DNA of 57,498 nt, from NCBI GenBank assembly GCA_030615855.1, contig JAUWYL010000005.1:1-57498 (forward strand), read 5' to 3'. Numbering within the stretch: position 1 is the stretch's first letter; each line of letters starts with the position of its first letter. The notes below the pieces were generated by a model. That model had not been told where the DNA came from. It made no database searches and worked only from the letters and a program-made list of their open reading frames with translations. The stretch comes from a bacterium. GTDB lineage: Bacteria; UBP18; UBA7526. Both the position numbers and the translations under genes were made by a program. Below, piece by piece: positions 9,371-17,972 of this stretch.

Positions 9371-10492
9371 ATGCGCCGGCCAATAATTGTAGGGCTGGTT
9401 ATCTGTTTATTCCTCTCCCTTTCCTGTGCTTCCACAAAAAGAGAGAAGAAAATTTCGAAGGCCAGGAAAGAGGTGGCCAGTGGCTACTATGAAAATGGAA
9501 GGGCCCATCTTAAAGAGGGCTTCATCATCGATGCCATAAGGGCGTTTGAGAAAGCTATTGAAGAGAATCCAGATAATCTAAAGGCTCACTACTACCTTGC
9601 CTTCTGCTATAAGGATAGGAAATATCCCGGCTTGGCCATAAGGGAATTCCAGGAAGTGGTGAGAATAAATCCCAAGATTACCGTGGCCTATTACCAGCTG
9701 GGAGACCTCTATCTCGGGAGCGGATTAAATGAAGAGGCCATCCTGGCCTATGAGAAGGTCTTGGAACACAAGCCAGAGCATGAAAAGAAGGCTGAGATCG
9801 AAACCACTCTCTTTACCCTCAATTATAATTTGGGAGTAACCCACTATAATAATGGGGAGTATGCCCAAGCAAAAGAGAGTTTCCAGAAAGTTCTGGAGAT
9901 TAAGCCAGAGGAGGAAAGGGTAAAAAAGCTTCTGGAGGAGATAGATGAAATCTTAGGGGTCACTAAACCAAAACCAGTGGTAACCAGAAAAGCCAAGGAT
10001 CTCATAGATCAAGGGATTAAGTATTATAACTTTGGCCAGTATGATACAGCCATCACTGAGTTTCAAAAAGCAGTAGAGAGCGATCCCAAATCTGTTAAGG
10101 CCCACCTCTACTTGGCCTGGGCCTATGAGAAGAAGGGAGAGAAGAAGAAGGCCATTGGGGAGTATCAGAAGATAACCGAGATCGATCCCAATCATCTGGA
10201 TGCCCATTATCGATTGGGAAAATATTATGATAGTGTGGGCCAGAAGGCTGAGGCCATAAAAGAGTATGAGAGGGTCCTATCTTTAAAACCGAGTAAGGAG
10301 AAACTTGAGAAGATCTCCCCTGTTCTCTATGCCTTCTACTATGAACAGGGGATGAAGGCCTATAACAAGAAGAAATACCAAGAAGCAAAAGAGCGTTTCC
10401 AGAAAGCACTAAAGGTCAAACCAGGTGATCCAGAGGCTACTGAGATGCTTTCCACAGTGAAAATGCTCCTCGAGGAGAAAGGGAGAGAATAG
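9371..10492 (+). CDS. TPR-repeat lipoprotein
   Basis: Lipobox LSLSC; multiple TPR motifs; GGAGGAG SD. Confidence 0.8.
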   Translation: MRRPIIVGLVICLFLSLSCASTKREKKISKARKEVASGYYENGRAHLKEGFIIDAIRAFEKAIEENPDNLKAHYYLAFCYKDRKYPGLAIREFQEVVRINPKITVAYYQLGDLYLGSGLNEEAILAYEKVLEHKPEHEKKAEIETTLFTLNYNLGVTHYNNGEYAQAKESFQKVLEIKPEEERVKKLLEEIDEILGVTKPKPVVTRKAKDLIDQGIKYYNFGQYDTAITEFQKAVESDPKSVKAHLYLAWAYEKKGEKKKAIGEYQKITEIDPNHLDAHYRLGKYYDSVGQKAEAIKEYERVLSLKPSKEKLEKISPVLYAFYYEQGMKAYNKKKYQEAKERFQKALKVKPGDPEATEMLSTVKMLLEEKGRE

Positions 10493-10508
10493 GAAGGAGT
10501 AGGAAGAT

Positions 10509-11753
10509 ATGTCTCCTGTCAAAAAAAAGTTTATCCTAAGACTGGAAGATAAACTGATCATTCTTGTTGTCACCCTGATTATCGGTATTATGGTTGCTGT
10601 GACCATAGTTACCATCAGACGCGAACAGCAGGGGATGGAACTTAGCATGAGAGCCAAGGCAAAGGACCACTCCGAGATCTTAGCAATAAGCAACGTGGAA
10701 CAACTCTTGAAAAAAGACTATGTTGCCTTGGGGAGTGCGGTGGAGGAAGTAATTAAAAGAGACCCGGATATCGCCTATGTCGCCATCTATGATGAGGAGG
10801 GTCGCACCATGACCCGGAGCCGCAGCACTGCCTTAAGCGAAGAAACCTTCTCCTCAATCGATAGACTGCTCAAGGAATCCATTAAGATCACCCTGGCTAG
10901 TAAGATGGAGAGGATCCAGGTAGGGAGGGAAGAGACTCTCTACGATACTATCGTTCCCATCAAGGTTCCAGAACTTAAGGCTGCGCCAGTGGGAGCGGTG
11001 CGCATCGGGTTCACTACCGCACGCCTTAGGGAGAAGGCGGCTGAGGTCCGGAATCAGAATATCATGCTCACCGTGATCTTCATCTGTCTGGGCATGGTGG
11101 GAGCCCTGGTCATGGGGAAGATATTGAATAGACAGATCAGCGATCTCATCGCTGCCCGCACCGCCCCTGCCCGGGAAGAGATTTTACCCGGGGAGGAATA
11201 CGATCTGGAGAAGGAGTTGAAGAGGTATCTCCCGGAGTATGGGGAGAGGTTCGATGAGGTATATAAGAAACTCTCTCCCCAGGATCTCTTCGCCCTCTTC
11301 AAGGCAGCAAGGGAGATACCGACCGCCCTGAGCCTCAAAGAGGCCCTGAGGCTCAGCGCCCAGACCATCTCTGACATTATGAAGGTCTCGGAACTGGTCA
11401 TCTTCTTGAAGGATGAGAAGACCAGGGAAGTGAGAGCCAGGATGGGCTATGATATAAGTGGCCCCATGAGTGAGAAGACCTTGGCAGATATCAAGGTGGA
11501 GGAAGGAAGGGGGGAGGTCTGGATGGCCTCGGAGTTTGGAACCTCCTCTCCCATAGACACTCCCAAGCTAGGAAGTGGCATCGTTTCTCCCTTAGTAAGT
11601 AAGGAAAAGACCATTGGGGTGATTGAAATCAGGAGCCGACTATCCGGGGAGCCCTTTGGGAAGAAGGACCAATTACTCTTAGAACTTCTGGGGGGACTCA
11701 TCGCTACTTCCGTTGAGAAGGCGCAGGCCATAGAAGAAAGAAAGAAAGAATAG
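10509..11753 (+). CDS. Two-TM membrane sensor with extracytoplasmic Cache-like and cytoplasmic GAF-like domains; no kinase or cyclase domain
   Basis: Two TM helices flanking DPDIAYVAIYDEEG...VGAVRIGF; C-terminal PLVSKEKTIGVIEI...F...D..LL GAF pattern. Confidence 0.6.
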   Translation: MSPVKKKFILRLEDKLIILVVTLIIGIMVAVTIVTIRREQQGMELSMRAKAKDHSEILAISNVEQLLKKDYVALGSAVEEVIKRDPDIAYVAIYDEEGRTMTRSRSTALSEETFSSIDRLLKESIKITLASKMERIQVGREETLYDTIVPIKVPELKAAPVGAVRIGFTTARLREKAAEVRNQNIMLTVIFICLGMVGALVMGKILNRQISDLIAARTAPAREEILPGEEYDLEKELKRYLPEYGERFDEVYKKLSPQDLFALFKAAREIPTALSLKEALRLSAQTISDIMKVSELVIFLKDEKTREVRARMGYDISGPMSEKTLADIKVEEGRGEVWMASEFGTSSPIDTPKLGSGIVSPLVSKEKTIGVIEIRSRLSGEPFGKKDQLLLELLGGLIATSVEKAQAIEERKKE

Positions 11754-11821
11754 CCCCCTATAAAAGCCCAGGAGGGCGAAAAGCCCCGAGGGGGCCTCGC
11801 CCCTTTTCGGGGGGCAATTGA

Positions 11822-11847
11822 AGGGGGAGAAATCCCCCTCTTTTTTT
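11822..11847 (+). terminator. Rho-independent terminator-like hairpin
   Basis: aggggga-GAAA-tccccct followed by cttttttt. Confidence 0.6.
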
Positions 11848-11850
11848 AAG

Positions 11851-11907
11851 AAGATAGATACAGATGGGGATGGGATCCCTGATACCTACGTTATTGAGGA
11901 AAAATAG
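11851..11907 (+). pseudogene. Relic 3' end of a DxDxDG-motif gene related to the downstream ComEA-like paralogs
   Basis: Reads KIDTDGDGIPDTYVIEEK*; matches KVDTDGDGIPDTWV (12779 ORF) and KIDTDGDGIPDTFII (14831 ORF). Confidence 0.55.
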
Positions 11908-11908
11908 A

Positions 11909-12760
11909 GTGGGCAAATCCCTTCTTAGAAAGCTACTCCTTACTCTTCTCATCGCCTCATTCCTTCTCCTAACCGTCTTCTCCCTCTCTGCCCAGAATTA
12001 CCTCCGGGTTACCTTCATCGACGTTGGGGAAGGGGATAGCTGTCTCATCCAGACCCCGGGAGGGAAGAATATCATAATCGATGGAGGGAAGACTAACCAG
12101 GGAAAGAAACTCCTCTCCTTTCTCAAGAAGAAGAGAATAAGGAAGATAGATACTATGGTGGCTACCCACCCAGATATGGACCACATCGGAGGACTATTGG
12201 CCATCTTAGATAGCAATATCGAGATCAAGAATGTTTTAGACTCTGGCCATAAGCATACCTCCTATGCCTATCAAGACTTCCTGCTCAAGGTGGCGGAAAG
12301 GAAAGATATAAAGTACTACCAACCGAGGGCGGGTCAGATATTCGATTGGGGGGAGGGATTGAAGGTCCAGGTCCTGAGCCCAGCCCATCTCTTTCACAAC
12401 GCCAACGACTCCTCCATAGTCATCAAACTCACCTATGGCTTAACCTCCTTCCTGTTTACTGGAGATGCTGGCTATCCCGCAGAGGACGAGATGGTAGCCA
12501 ACTTCAGGAAAGGGCTAAAGAGCACCATCCTGAAGGCCGGCCACCATGGAGCAAAGACCTCCACCTCTTCCTCTTTCTTAAATTATGTCAGACCAAGAGT
12601 AGCCATAATCAGCGTGGGCCCCAACTCCTACGGCCATCCCAATAAAGGGGTTCTCGATAGGCTTCAGGAGATAGGGGCCAAGGTCTATAGAACGGATGAG
12701 AGAGGGAATATTACCATAACTACTGATGGAAAGAAGTGCTGGATAGAGACTAAGCGATAG
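11909..12760 (+). CDS. Exported ComEC/Rec2-type metallo-beta-lactamase-fold hydrolase
   Basis: FIDVGEGDS, THPDMDHIGG, NDSSIV, LFTGDA, GHHGA, NSYGHP; signal peptide. GTG 11909 follows GAGG (the ORF track starts at 11864). Confidence 0.8.
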   Translation: MGKSLLRKLLLTLLIASFLLLTVFSLSAQNYLRVTFIDVGEGDSCLIQTPGGKNIIIDGGKTNQGKKLLSFLKKKRIRKIDTMVATHPDMDHIGGLLAILDSNIEIKNVLDSGHKHTSYAYQDFLLKVAERKDIKYYQPRAGQIFDWGEGLKVQVLSPAHLFHNANDSSIVIKLTYGLTSFLFTGDAGYPAEDEMVANFRKGLKSTILKAGHHGAKTSTSSSFLNYVRPRVAIISVGPNSYGHPNKGVLDRLQEIGAKVYRTDERGNITITTDGKKCWIETKR

Positions 12761-12778
12761 GGAAAGAGAGTGAAATAA

Positions 12779-13375
12779 ATGTCCTTTTCTTCTGGTCAGA
12801 GAGTGGTGGTTATCATCCTTTTCCTGGCTTTTCTCTCTGGAGGAGGGGTTTTGGGCTATAGAATTATGAAGGAGTATCCAGAAATTACTTCCCAGCAGAT
12901 AGAAGTCTTCCCTGAAATTACCCCCCCACCTATTACTCCCCCACCTATTATTCCCCGACCTATTGAAGAACCGGTCTCACCCAGACCAGTAGTGGTGACA
13001 GAGAAGACTCCCATCAGGAAACTGGCGAGAAGGGAGAAAGAAAAACTCCAGAAGGCCTTGAAGATAAATATCAATACCGCCTCTTTAGAAGAATTGCAGA
13101 AGATACCCTATATCGGTTCTAAAAGGGCAGAGAAGATTATCAGTGGCCGACCCTACCAAAGTATTGAAGATATAATGAATGTTCATGGGTTTGGGGAAAA
13201 AACCCTTGAGAAGATAAAGGATTACATTACCGTTACCGGCAAGGGATTAGCGGAATATAAGCCTCCCGCGGAGAGGGTTAAATCTATAGAAGAAAGTAAA
13301 AAGAAGGTAAAAATCGTAAAAGTAGATACTGATGGGGATGGCATTCCCGATACCTGGGTCACCAAGCCCCAATAA
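12779..13375 (+). CDS. ComEA-like helix-hairpin-helix DNA-binding protein
   Basis: TM anchor, Pro-rich linker, KININTASLEELQKIPYIG...V.GFGEKTLEKI; C-terminal DTDGDG. Confidence 0.85.
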   Translation: MSFSSGQRVVVIILFLAFLSGGGVLGYRIMKEYPEITSQQIEVFPEITPPPITPPPIIPRPIEEPVSPRPVVVTEKTPIRKLARREKEKLQKALKININTASLEELQKIPYIGSKRAEKIISGRPYQSIEDIMNVHGFGEKTLEKIKDYITVTGKGLAEYKPPAERVKSIEESKKKVKIVKVDTDGDGIPDTWVTKPQ

Positions 13376-13488
13376 ATAGTAGGAGAGTAAAAGAGTAAGA
13401 AAGTAGGAAAGTAGGCATTTCAATTGGAAAATTAGCACTTTTCTACTTTCCTTCTTTTATACTTTCTTACTCCCGAACGGAGTGAGGG
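13376..13488. repeat. Inverted 8-mer (AAAGTAGG / TTCTACTT-like) arrays plus GA/GA hairpin
   Basis: Purine-rich arm then pyrimidine-rich arm; ends atactttcttactcccgaacggagtgagg, nearly identical to 45232-45259. Confidence 0.75.
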
Positions 13489-13492
13489 TCAA

Positions 13493-14578
13493 ATGGTTGA
13501 GGCCTATGGAGTAGAGAAAGGGCCAGAAAAAAAGTCAAATAAAGGATTCTTCTCTTTAGTCATTATTCTGCTCCTACTTGCTTCCTCTACCTGGGGATTG
13601 GCCTTAAATGCCAACTGGCGCCAGGTGCTTTATGCTCCCTTTAAGGAGGCCTCTCTTCCCAGCCCTGTAGAGACTGATAAGGAGGCCCCTCTTCCCAGTC
13701 CTGTAGAGATTGAAGAGGAGGCCTTTCTTCCCAGCCCCATAGAGATTGAAGAGGTATATAAATCACCCGATGAGTTGACCATTACCTACTTCGATGTCGG
13801 CCAGGGATTGGCCCACCTCATCCAGATCCCTTCAGGAAAGGTAATTATCTATGATGCCGGAGAGGGAACGGACCCGGATCATAAGTATACCAAGTATCGC
13901 AATGCGGGAGCGAAGGCCATCCTTCCTGTCTTAAGAGGAGAACATATCAAGAAAATTGATGTTATTGTTGGTTCCCATCCCCACAGCGACCACCTGGGAG
14001 GCTTCCTCTCCATATTGAGTAGCAACGAGTTCGAGATAGGGGAGGTATTAGACCCCGGTATGGTCCATCCCACCCCCACCTATAATGCTTTTCTGGAACT
14101 GATAGAGAAGAAGGAGATGCCCTATCGGATTGTGAGGGATGGGGATATCCTGGATTGGGGTCCGGATGTCTTCGTCCAGATCCTCTCTCCTCCCAAAGGC
14201 GAATTATGGGGTCACGCCAATGAAAACTCGGTGACCATAAAGTTAGTCTATGGCAAAACCAGCTTCCTCTTCACGGGAGATATTGAGAAGAGAGCCATCA
14301 ATAGACTCATCGATGTGTATGGCCCGCGGATAAAGGCAGATGTTGTTCAGATTCCCCATCATGGCTCCAATACCTCAAACGATAGGGACTTCATTAGATT
14401 AACAGGAGCCGCTCACGCTGTAACCAGCGGTACTGGAGGACCACCATTTGGTCATCCTACCCCAGAGACCGTGAGGAGGTGGAGGGAGATCGGGGCCCAG
14501 GTTCACCACACCCATCTGGATGGAAATATCACCATTATTAGTAATGGGAAGAATATAAGCGTAAGGACTATGAGGTAG
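13493..14578 (+). CDS. Second exported ComEC/Rec2-type MBL-fold hydrolase
   Basis: YFDVGQG, SHPHSDHLGG, NENSV, LFTGDI, PHHGS, PFGHP; 3x12-aa Pro/Glu repeat after the TM helix. Confidence 0.8.
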   Translation: MVEAYGVEKGPEKKSNKGFFSLVIILLLLASSTWGLALNANWRQVLYAPFKEASLPSPVETDKEAPLPSPVEIEEEAFLPSPIEIEEVYKSPDELTITYFDVGQGLAHLIQIPSGKVIIYDAGEGTDPDHKYTKYRNAGAKAILPVLRGEHIKKIDVIVGSHPHSDHLGGFLSILSSNEFEIGEVLDPGMVHPTPTYNAFLELIEKKEMPYRIVRDGDILDWGPDVFVQILSPPKGELWGHANENSVTIKLVYGKTSFLFTGDIEKRAINRLIDVYGPRIKADVVQIPHHGSNTSNDRDFIRLTGAAHAVTSGTGGPPFGHPTPETVRRWREIGAQVHHTHLDGNITIISNGKNISVRTMR

Positions 14579-14596
14579 AAAGGAGGTCTAACGGGA

Positions 14597-14835
14597 ATGA
14601 ACCCCGCACCTCCTACTGTATTTATCATATTTATCTTTTGAAAATAGAAGAAGCAAGAACTGGATTGAGTTTACGCCGTTTAGACTCTAATCTACCAACA
14701 TATGAGAATAACTAATCTATTTAGAGTCGGTATCAAAACTATTGGAAAAACTACAGAACGATATTTGAGAGTCTAACGGGGTTTACTAAGTATAATACAG
14801 AATCTTATTGAATCATAAGGGAGGTGCGGGGTGAA
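14597..14835. mobile_element. Nested miniature inverted-repeat elements at a start codon
   Basis: Outer 13-bp IR accccgcacctcc / ggaggtgcggggt with TGAA duplication; inner element 14674-14781 with TTTA duplication. Confidence 0.7.
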
Positions 14836-15457
14836 GAAGAATAGGAGGTGGTGGGTGAGTCTGGCCATCGTAGCCGTTCTCTTAGTGGGAGTAATCGGGA
14901 TTATCACCTACAGAGAGAGGTCTAAGAGGGCAAGATGGACAGAGGAGCCAGGGGAAGCAATCTATGAGGAGATGGTTCCTCCAGAGGAGGCGATGCCTTT
15001 AGAAGAACCAGAGATCGTGGAGGCCCCACCAGTGGTTCAGGTTCCCCCTCCTCGGGAACCAGTCCAAATAAAAGTCCCGGTAGCGGAAGAGAGGTTAGTG
15101 GAGGTCAAGGTGGAGGAGACTGCACCTCCCACCAAGGCCCCTTCCTTGGTGATGGAGAAGATAGATACCGATGGGGATGGGATTCCCGACACCTTTATTA
15201 TTAAGGGGGAGCCGGGCGCTGCTCCAACTCCGGTCAAGAAGGCAGCCAAGAAGAAGAGGGCGGCTGCGGCTGGGGGGAAGATCAGTATCAACACCGCAAG
15301 TGCCAAGGAATTGGAGACCCTGCCTGGTGTTGGTCCAGCTACGGCAAAGAAGATTATCGATGGCCGTCCCTATGGAAGCATTGAAGATATTACGAATGTG
15401 AAAGGGATTGGAGAGAAGTCATTTGCCAGGATGAAGAACCTAATTACCGTTGAATAA
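14831..15457 (+). CDS. ComEA-like HhH DNA-binding protein
   Basis: TM anchor, Pro/Glu linker, DTDGDG, KISINTASAKELETLPGVGPATAKKII. Confidence 0.85.
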   Translation: MKKNRRWWVSLAIVAVLLVGVIGIITYRERSKRARWTEEPGEAIYEEMVPPEEAMPLEEPEIVEAPPVVQVPPPREPVQIKVPVAEERLVEVKVEETAPPTKAPSLVMEKIDTDGDGIPDTFIIKGEPGAAPTPVKKAAKKKRAAAAGGKISINTASAKELETLPGVGPATAKKIIDGRPYGSIEDITNVKGIGEKSFARMKNLITVE

Positions 15458-15498
15458 CACGGATCATCGCGGATTACAACACGAATAGGCACAGATTC

Positions 15499-15563
15499 AT
15501 CTGTGGCAATGCTTAACTATTTATGCTCTCTAGGATGCTAACGAAGTGCATCCTATAATCTGT
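15499..15563. repeat. About 65-bp duplicated element, copy 1
   Basis: Second copy at 16389-16453; contains hairpin taggatgc-N9-gcatcct. Confidence 0.75.
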
Positions 15564-15617
15564 GATATTTTGCCCACGCAGGAGACATACTCAAAATCCG
15601 CGTTTAAGGAAGAGGAA

Positions 15618-16253
15618 ATGGAAAAGAGTAAGAGGATGAGTATTATCGTAGTGGGAATCCTCTTAGTGGCCCTTATGATCGGTGTGGCCTATGTTGCCTC
15701 AGTTGCTGGAGTACCCCCCATATCGAGCATCACTCAGGTAAGCGTTGGCCAGAGGGCAACCCTGAAGGGAAACATAACCAGTGTCCGGGTCTTCAAAAAG
15801 GGAAGGACGATAAAAATCAGCGATGGAACAGGAAGCATAGATATCCTCATCTGGAATAACCTTTTCTACCAGATACCACAGAAAGCTTCTTTAATTCAAG
15901 GAACGAGCATCCAAGTAAGTGGAGAGATCGGTTCCTACAAGGGAAGACTTCAGATAAAACCAAGAAGTCCTTTTGATATTCGGATCGCAGGTGCTGCTTC
16001 CGCTGCTCCGGCCATTGCTCCCGCTGTCGTGCCCGCTACTCCAGTGGCTGTCCCGGTGCCAGTAACTACGGGGAAGATTAATATCAATACCGCCTCCCAA
16101 TCCGAATTAGAGAGCCTGCGCGGGATCGGACCGGCCAAGGCCCAGCTCATCATCGCTGGCCGTCCCTACGCCACGGTTGATGACCTGACCGAGGTGAAGG
16201 GCATCGGACCCAAGACCCTTGAGAAGTTGAGGCCTCGGATCACTGTCGATTAA
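15618..16253 (+). CDS. ComEA-like protein with OB-fold and HhH domains
   Basis: TM anchor; OB-fold ISDGTGSIDILIW...IQVSGEIGSYKGRLQI; KININTASQSELESLRGIGP. ATG 15618 follows GAGG. Confidence 0.8.
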   Translation: MEKSKRMSIIVVGILLVALMIGVAYVASVAGVPPISSITQVSVGQRATLKGNITSVRVFKKGRTIKISDGTGSIDILIWNNLFYQIPQKASLIQGTSIQVSGEIGSYKGRLQIKPRSPFDIRIAGAASAAPAIAPAVVPATPVAVPVPVTTGKININTASQSELESLRGIGPAKAQLIIAGRPYATVDDLTEVKGIGPKTLEKLRPRITVD

Positions 16254-16388
16254 ACGCGAATCCACGCGAACTGGAAAGCAAAGACGAAAGACAATTAGGA
16301 CACGAATGAGCGCGAATAGTAGATACTGGATGCTGGATCCTTGATCCTTGATCCTTATCCTTGGTTACGTCTGTCTTTTAGATCTGTG

Positions 16389-16453
16389 ATCCGTGGCAAT
16401 GCTTAACTATTTATACTCTCTAGGATGCCAGCGAAGCGCATCCTGTAATTTGT
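16389..16453. repeat. About 65-bp duplicated element, copy 2
   Basis: Matches 15499-15563 with a few substitutions. Confidence 0.75.
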
Positions 16454-16490
16454 TTCTTATCTGTGTGAATTCGTGTTTAAAGGGAGAAGT

Positions 16491-17285
16491 ATGTTTAAAC
16501 TCTCTCATTTGGAACGAGTCGTTTTCTTCTCTCTCCTAGGAGCCTTAACTCTGGGAAGCATTCTCTATATGGTGAAGATACTCCTCACCCCCCTTCCCGA
16601 AATCCTCCCCCCTCCAGAAAGGGAGGTGAGACGGGAAGTCATTCCGCAACCAGTGGTCCTTCCTGAGCCTGAGATCCTCCCTGAGCCAGAGATCATTACC
16701 AAGCCGCCTTCCGAGCCAACCCCAGAAATGCCTCCCGCTCCAAAGGAAATTACTATTCGCATCACGGGAGCAGTGAATAAGCCCGGGGTCTATTGTTTCA
16801 TTGAGGGGGCAAAGATCGTTGATGCAGTAAAGGCTGCGGGAGGGGCAAGGGGGGACGCCCTTCTGGATGTTATGCGGCTTGCCCAACCCCTGGAGCATGG
16901 CTCGGAGATTGTCATCTCCCGAAAGTTCGATGCCCAAGCCTTCAGAAGGAAACTCCTCTCCTATGGACCGGAGCATGTCTACACCACAGAGGAGCTAATG
17001 CTGGCCTATGGTAGGCCTGAAGAAGAGATAAAGAAGAAAAAGGAAGAGAGACCCAAAGAGGAGGAAGAAAAACCCAAGCCAAGTGAAGAGGGGAAGATAA
17101 ATATCAATACCGCAGCAAAGGAAGAGCTCCAGACCCTGCCCGGTATTGGACCAAAGAAAGCAGAGGCCTTCATAAGATATAGGGAGGAACATGGCCCTTT
17201 CCAAGAGACCTCTGATATCACGAAGATCCATGGCATCGGGCAGAAGACCTACGAGAACCTGAAGGATAAGATTACCGTGGATTAG
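16491..17285 (+). CDS. comEA: ComEA with SLBB and HhH domains
   Basis: ITGAVNKPGVY...DAVKAAGG (SLBB); KININTAAKEELQTLPGIGPKKA...HGPF...GIGQKT. Confidence 0.85.
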   Translation: MFKLSHLERVVFFSLLGALTLGSILYMVKILLTPLPEILPPPEREVRREVIPQPVVLPEPEILPEPEIITKPPSEPTPEMPPAPKEITIRITGAVNKPGVYCFIEGAKIVDAVKAAGGARGDALLDVMRLAQPLEHGSEIVISRKFDAQAFRRKLLSYGPEHVYTTEELMLAYGRPEEEIKKKKEERPKEEEEKPKPSEEGKININTAAKEELQTLPGIGPKKAEAFIRYREEHGPFQETSDITKIHGIGQKTYENLKDKITVD

Positions 17286-17294
17286 GAGAGAAGA

Positions 17295-17969
17295 GTGTTT
17301 AAACTATCCCGTTCTGAGCAGTTGGTCATTCTTTTCCTTGTAGGAGTGATCCTGGTGGGAGGTGCTGTGGCCTCTGTTAAGAAGTATCTGGAAAATAAGG
17401 AGAAAGGGCATCTCCTGACCGCAGAAAGCATTACCTCGCTTGAAGAAGAAGTTGCCCCTAAGAGGATTATCATCCACATTACGGGGGCAGTGAAGAGGCC
17501 CGGGGTCTATCACTTTAAAGAGGGAGCAAGAGTCATCGATGCCGTGAAGGCAGCTGGTGGACCAGAGGAGGATGCCCTTCTCGACATCCTGAACCTCGCT
17601 CAACCCATGGAAGATGGCTCCAAGATCGTTGTCTCCCAGAAGTTCGATGCCCAGGAGTTTAAAAAGAGGCTTCTCTCCCATGGACCAGAGCATGTCTATA
17701 CCACAGAGGAGTTAAAGTTAGCCTATGGTGAGATGAAAGAAAAAGAAGAAAGGAAACTCAAAAGAAAGATAAAAGAAGAAGTAGCCCCAAAAATAAACAT
17801 AAACACTGCCACCCTCCAAGAGATTCAAACTCTGCCCAACATCGGTCCAAAGAAAGCAAAAGCCATCATCGCTAACCGCCCCTATTCAAGCATTGAAGAG
17901 ATTACCAAGATTCATGGGTTTGGCCCTAAAATTTATGGGGTATTGAGGGATAAAATTACCGTGGAATGA
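17295..17969 (+). CDS. comEA: ComEA paralog with SLBB and HhH domains
   Basis: HITGAVKRPGVY...DAVKAAGG; KININTATLQEIQTLPNIGP; close paralog of the upstream gene. Confidence 0.85.
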   Translation: MFKLSRSEQLVILFLVGVILVGGAVASVKKYLENKEKGHLLTAESITSLEEEVAPKRIIIHITGAVKRPGVYHFKEGARVIDAVKAAGGPEEDALLDILNLAQPMEDGSKIVVSQKFDAQEFKKRLLSHGPEHVYTTEELKLAYGEMKEKEERKLKRKIKEEVAPKININTATLQEIQTLPNIGPKKAKAIIANRPYSSIEEITKIHGFGPKIYGVLRDKITVE

Positions 17970-17972
17970 AGA

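Noticed and set aside
9250-9492. 80-aa His/Pro-rich ORF
   Set aside because: It is a translation of the hairpin repeat element and overlaps the TPR gene out of frame.
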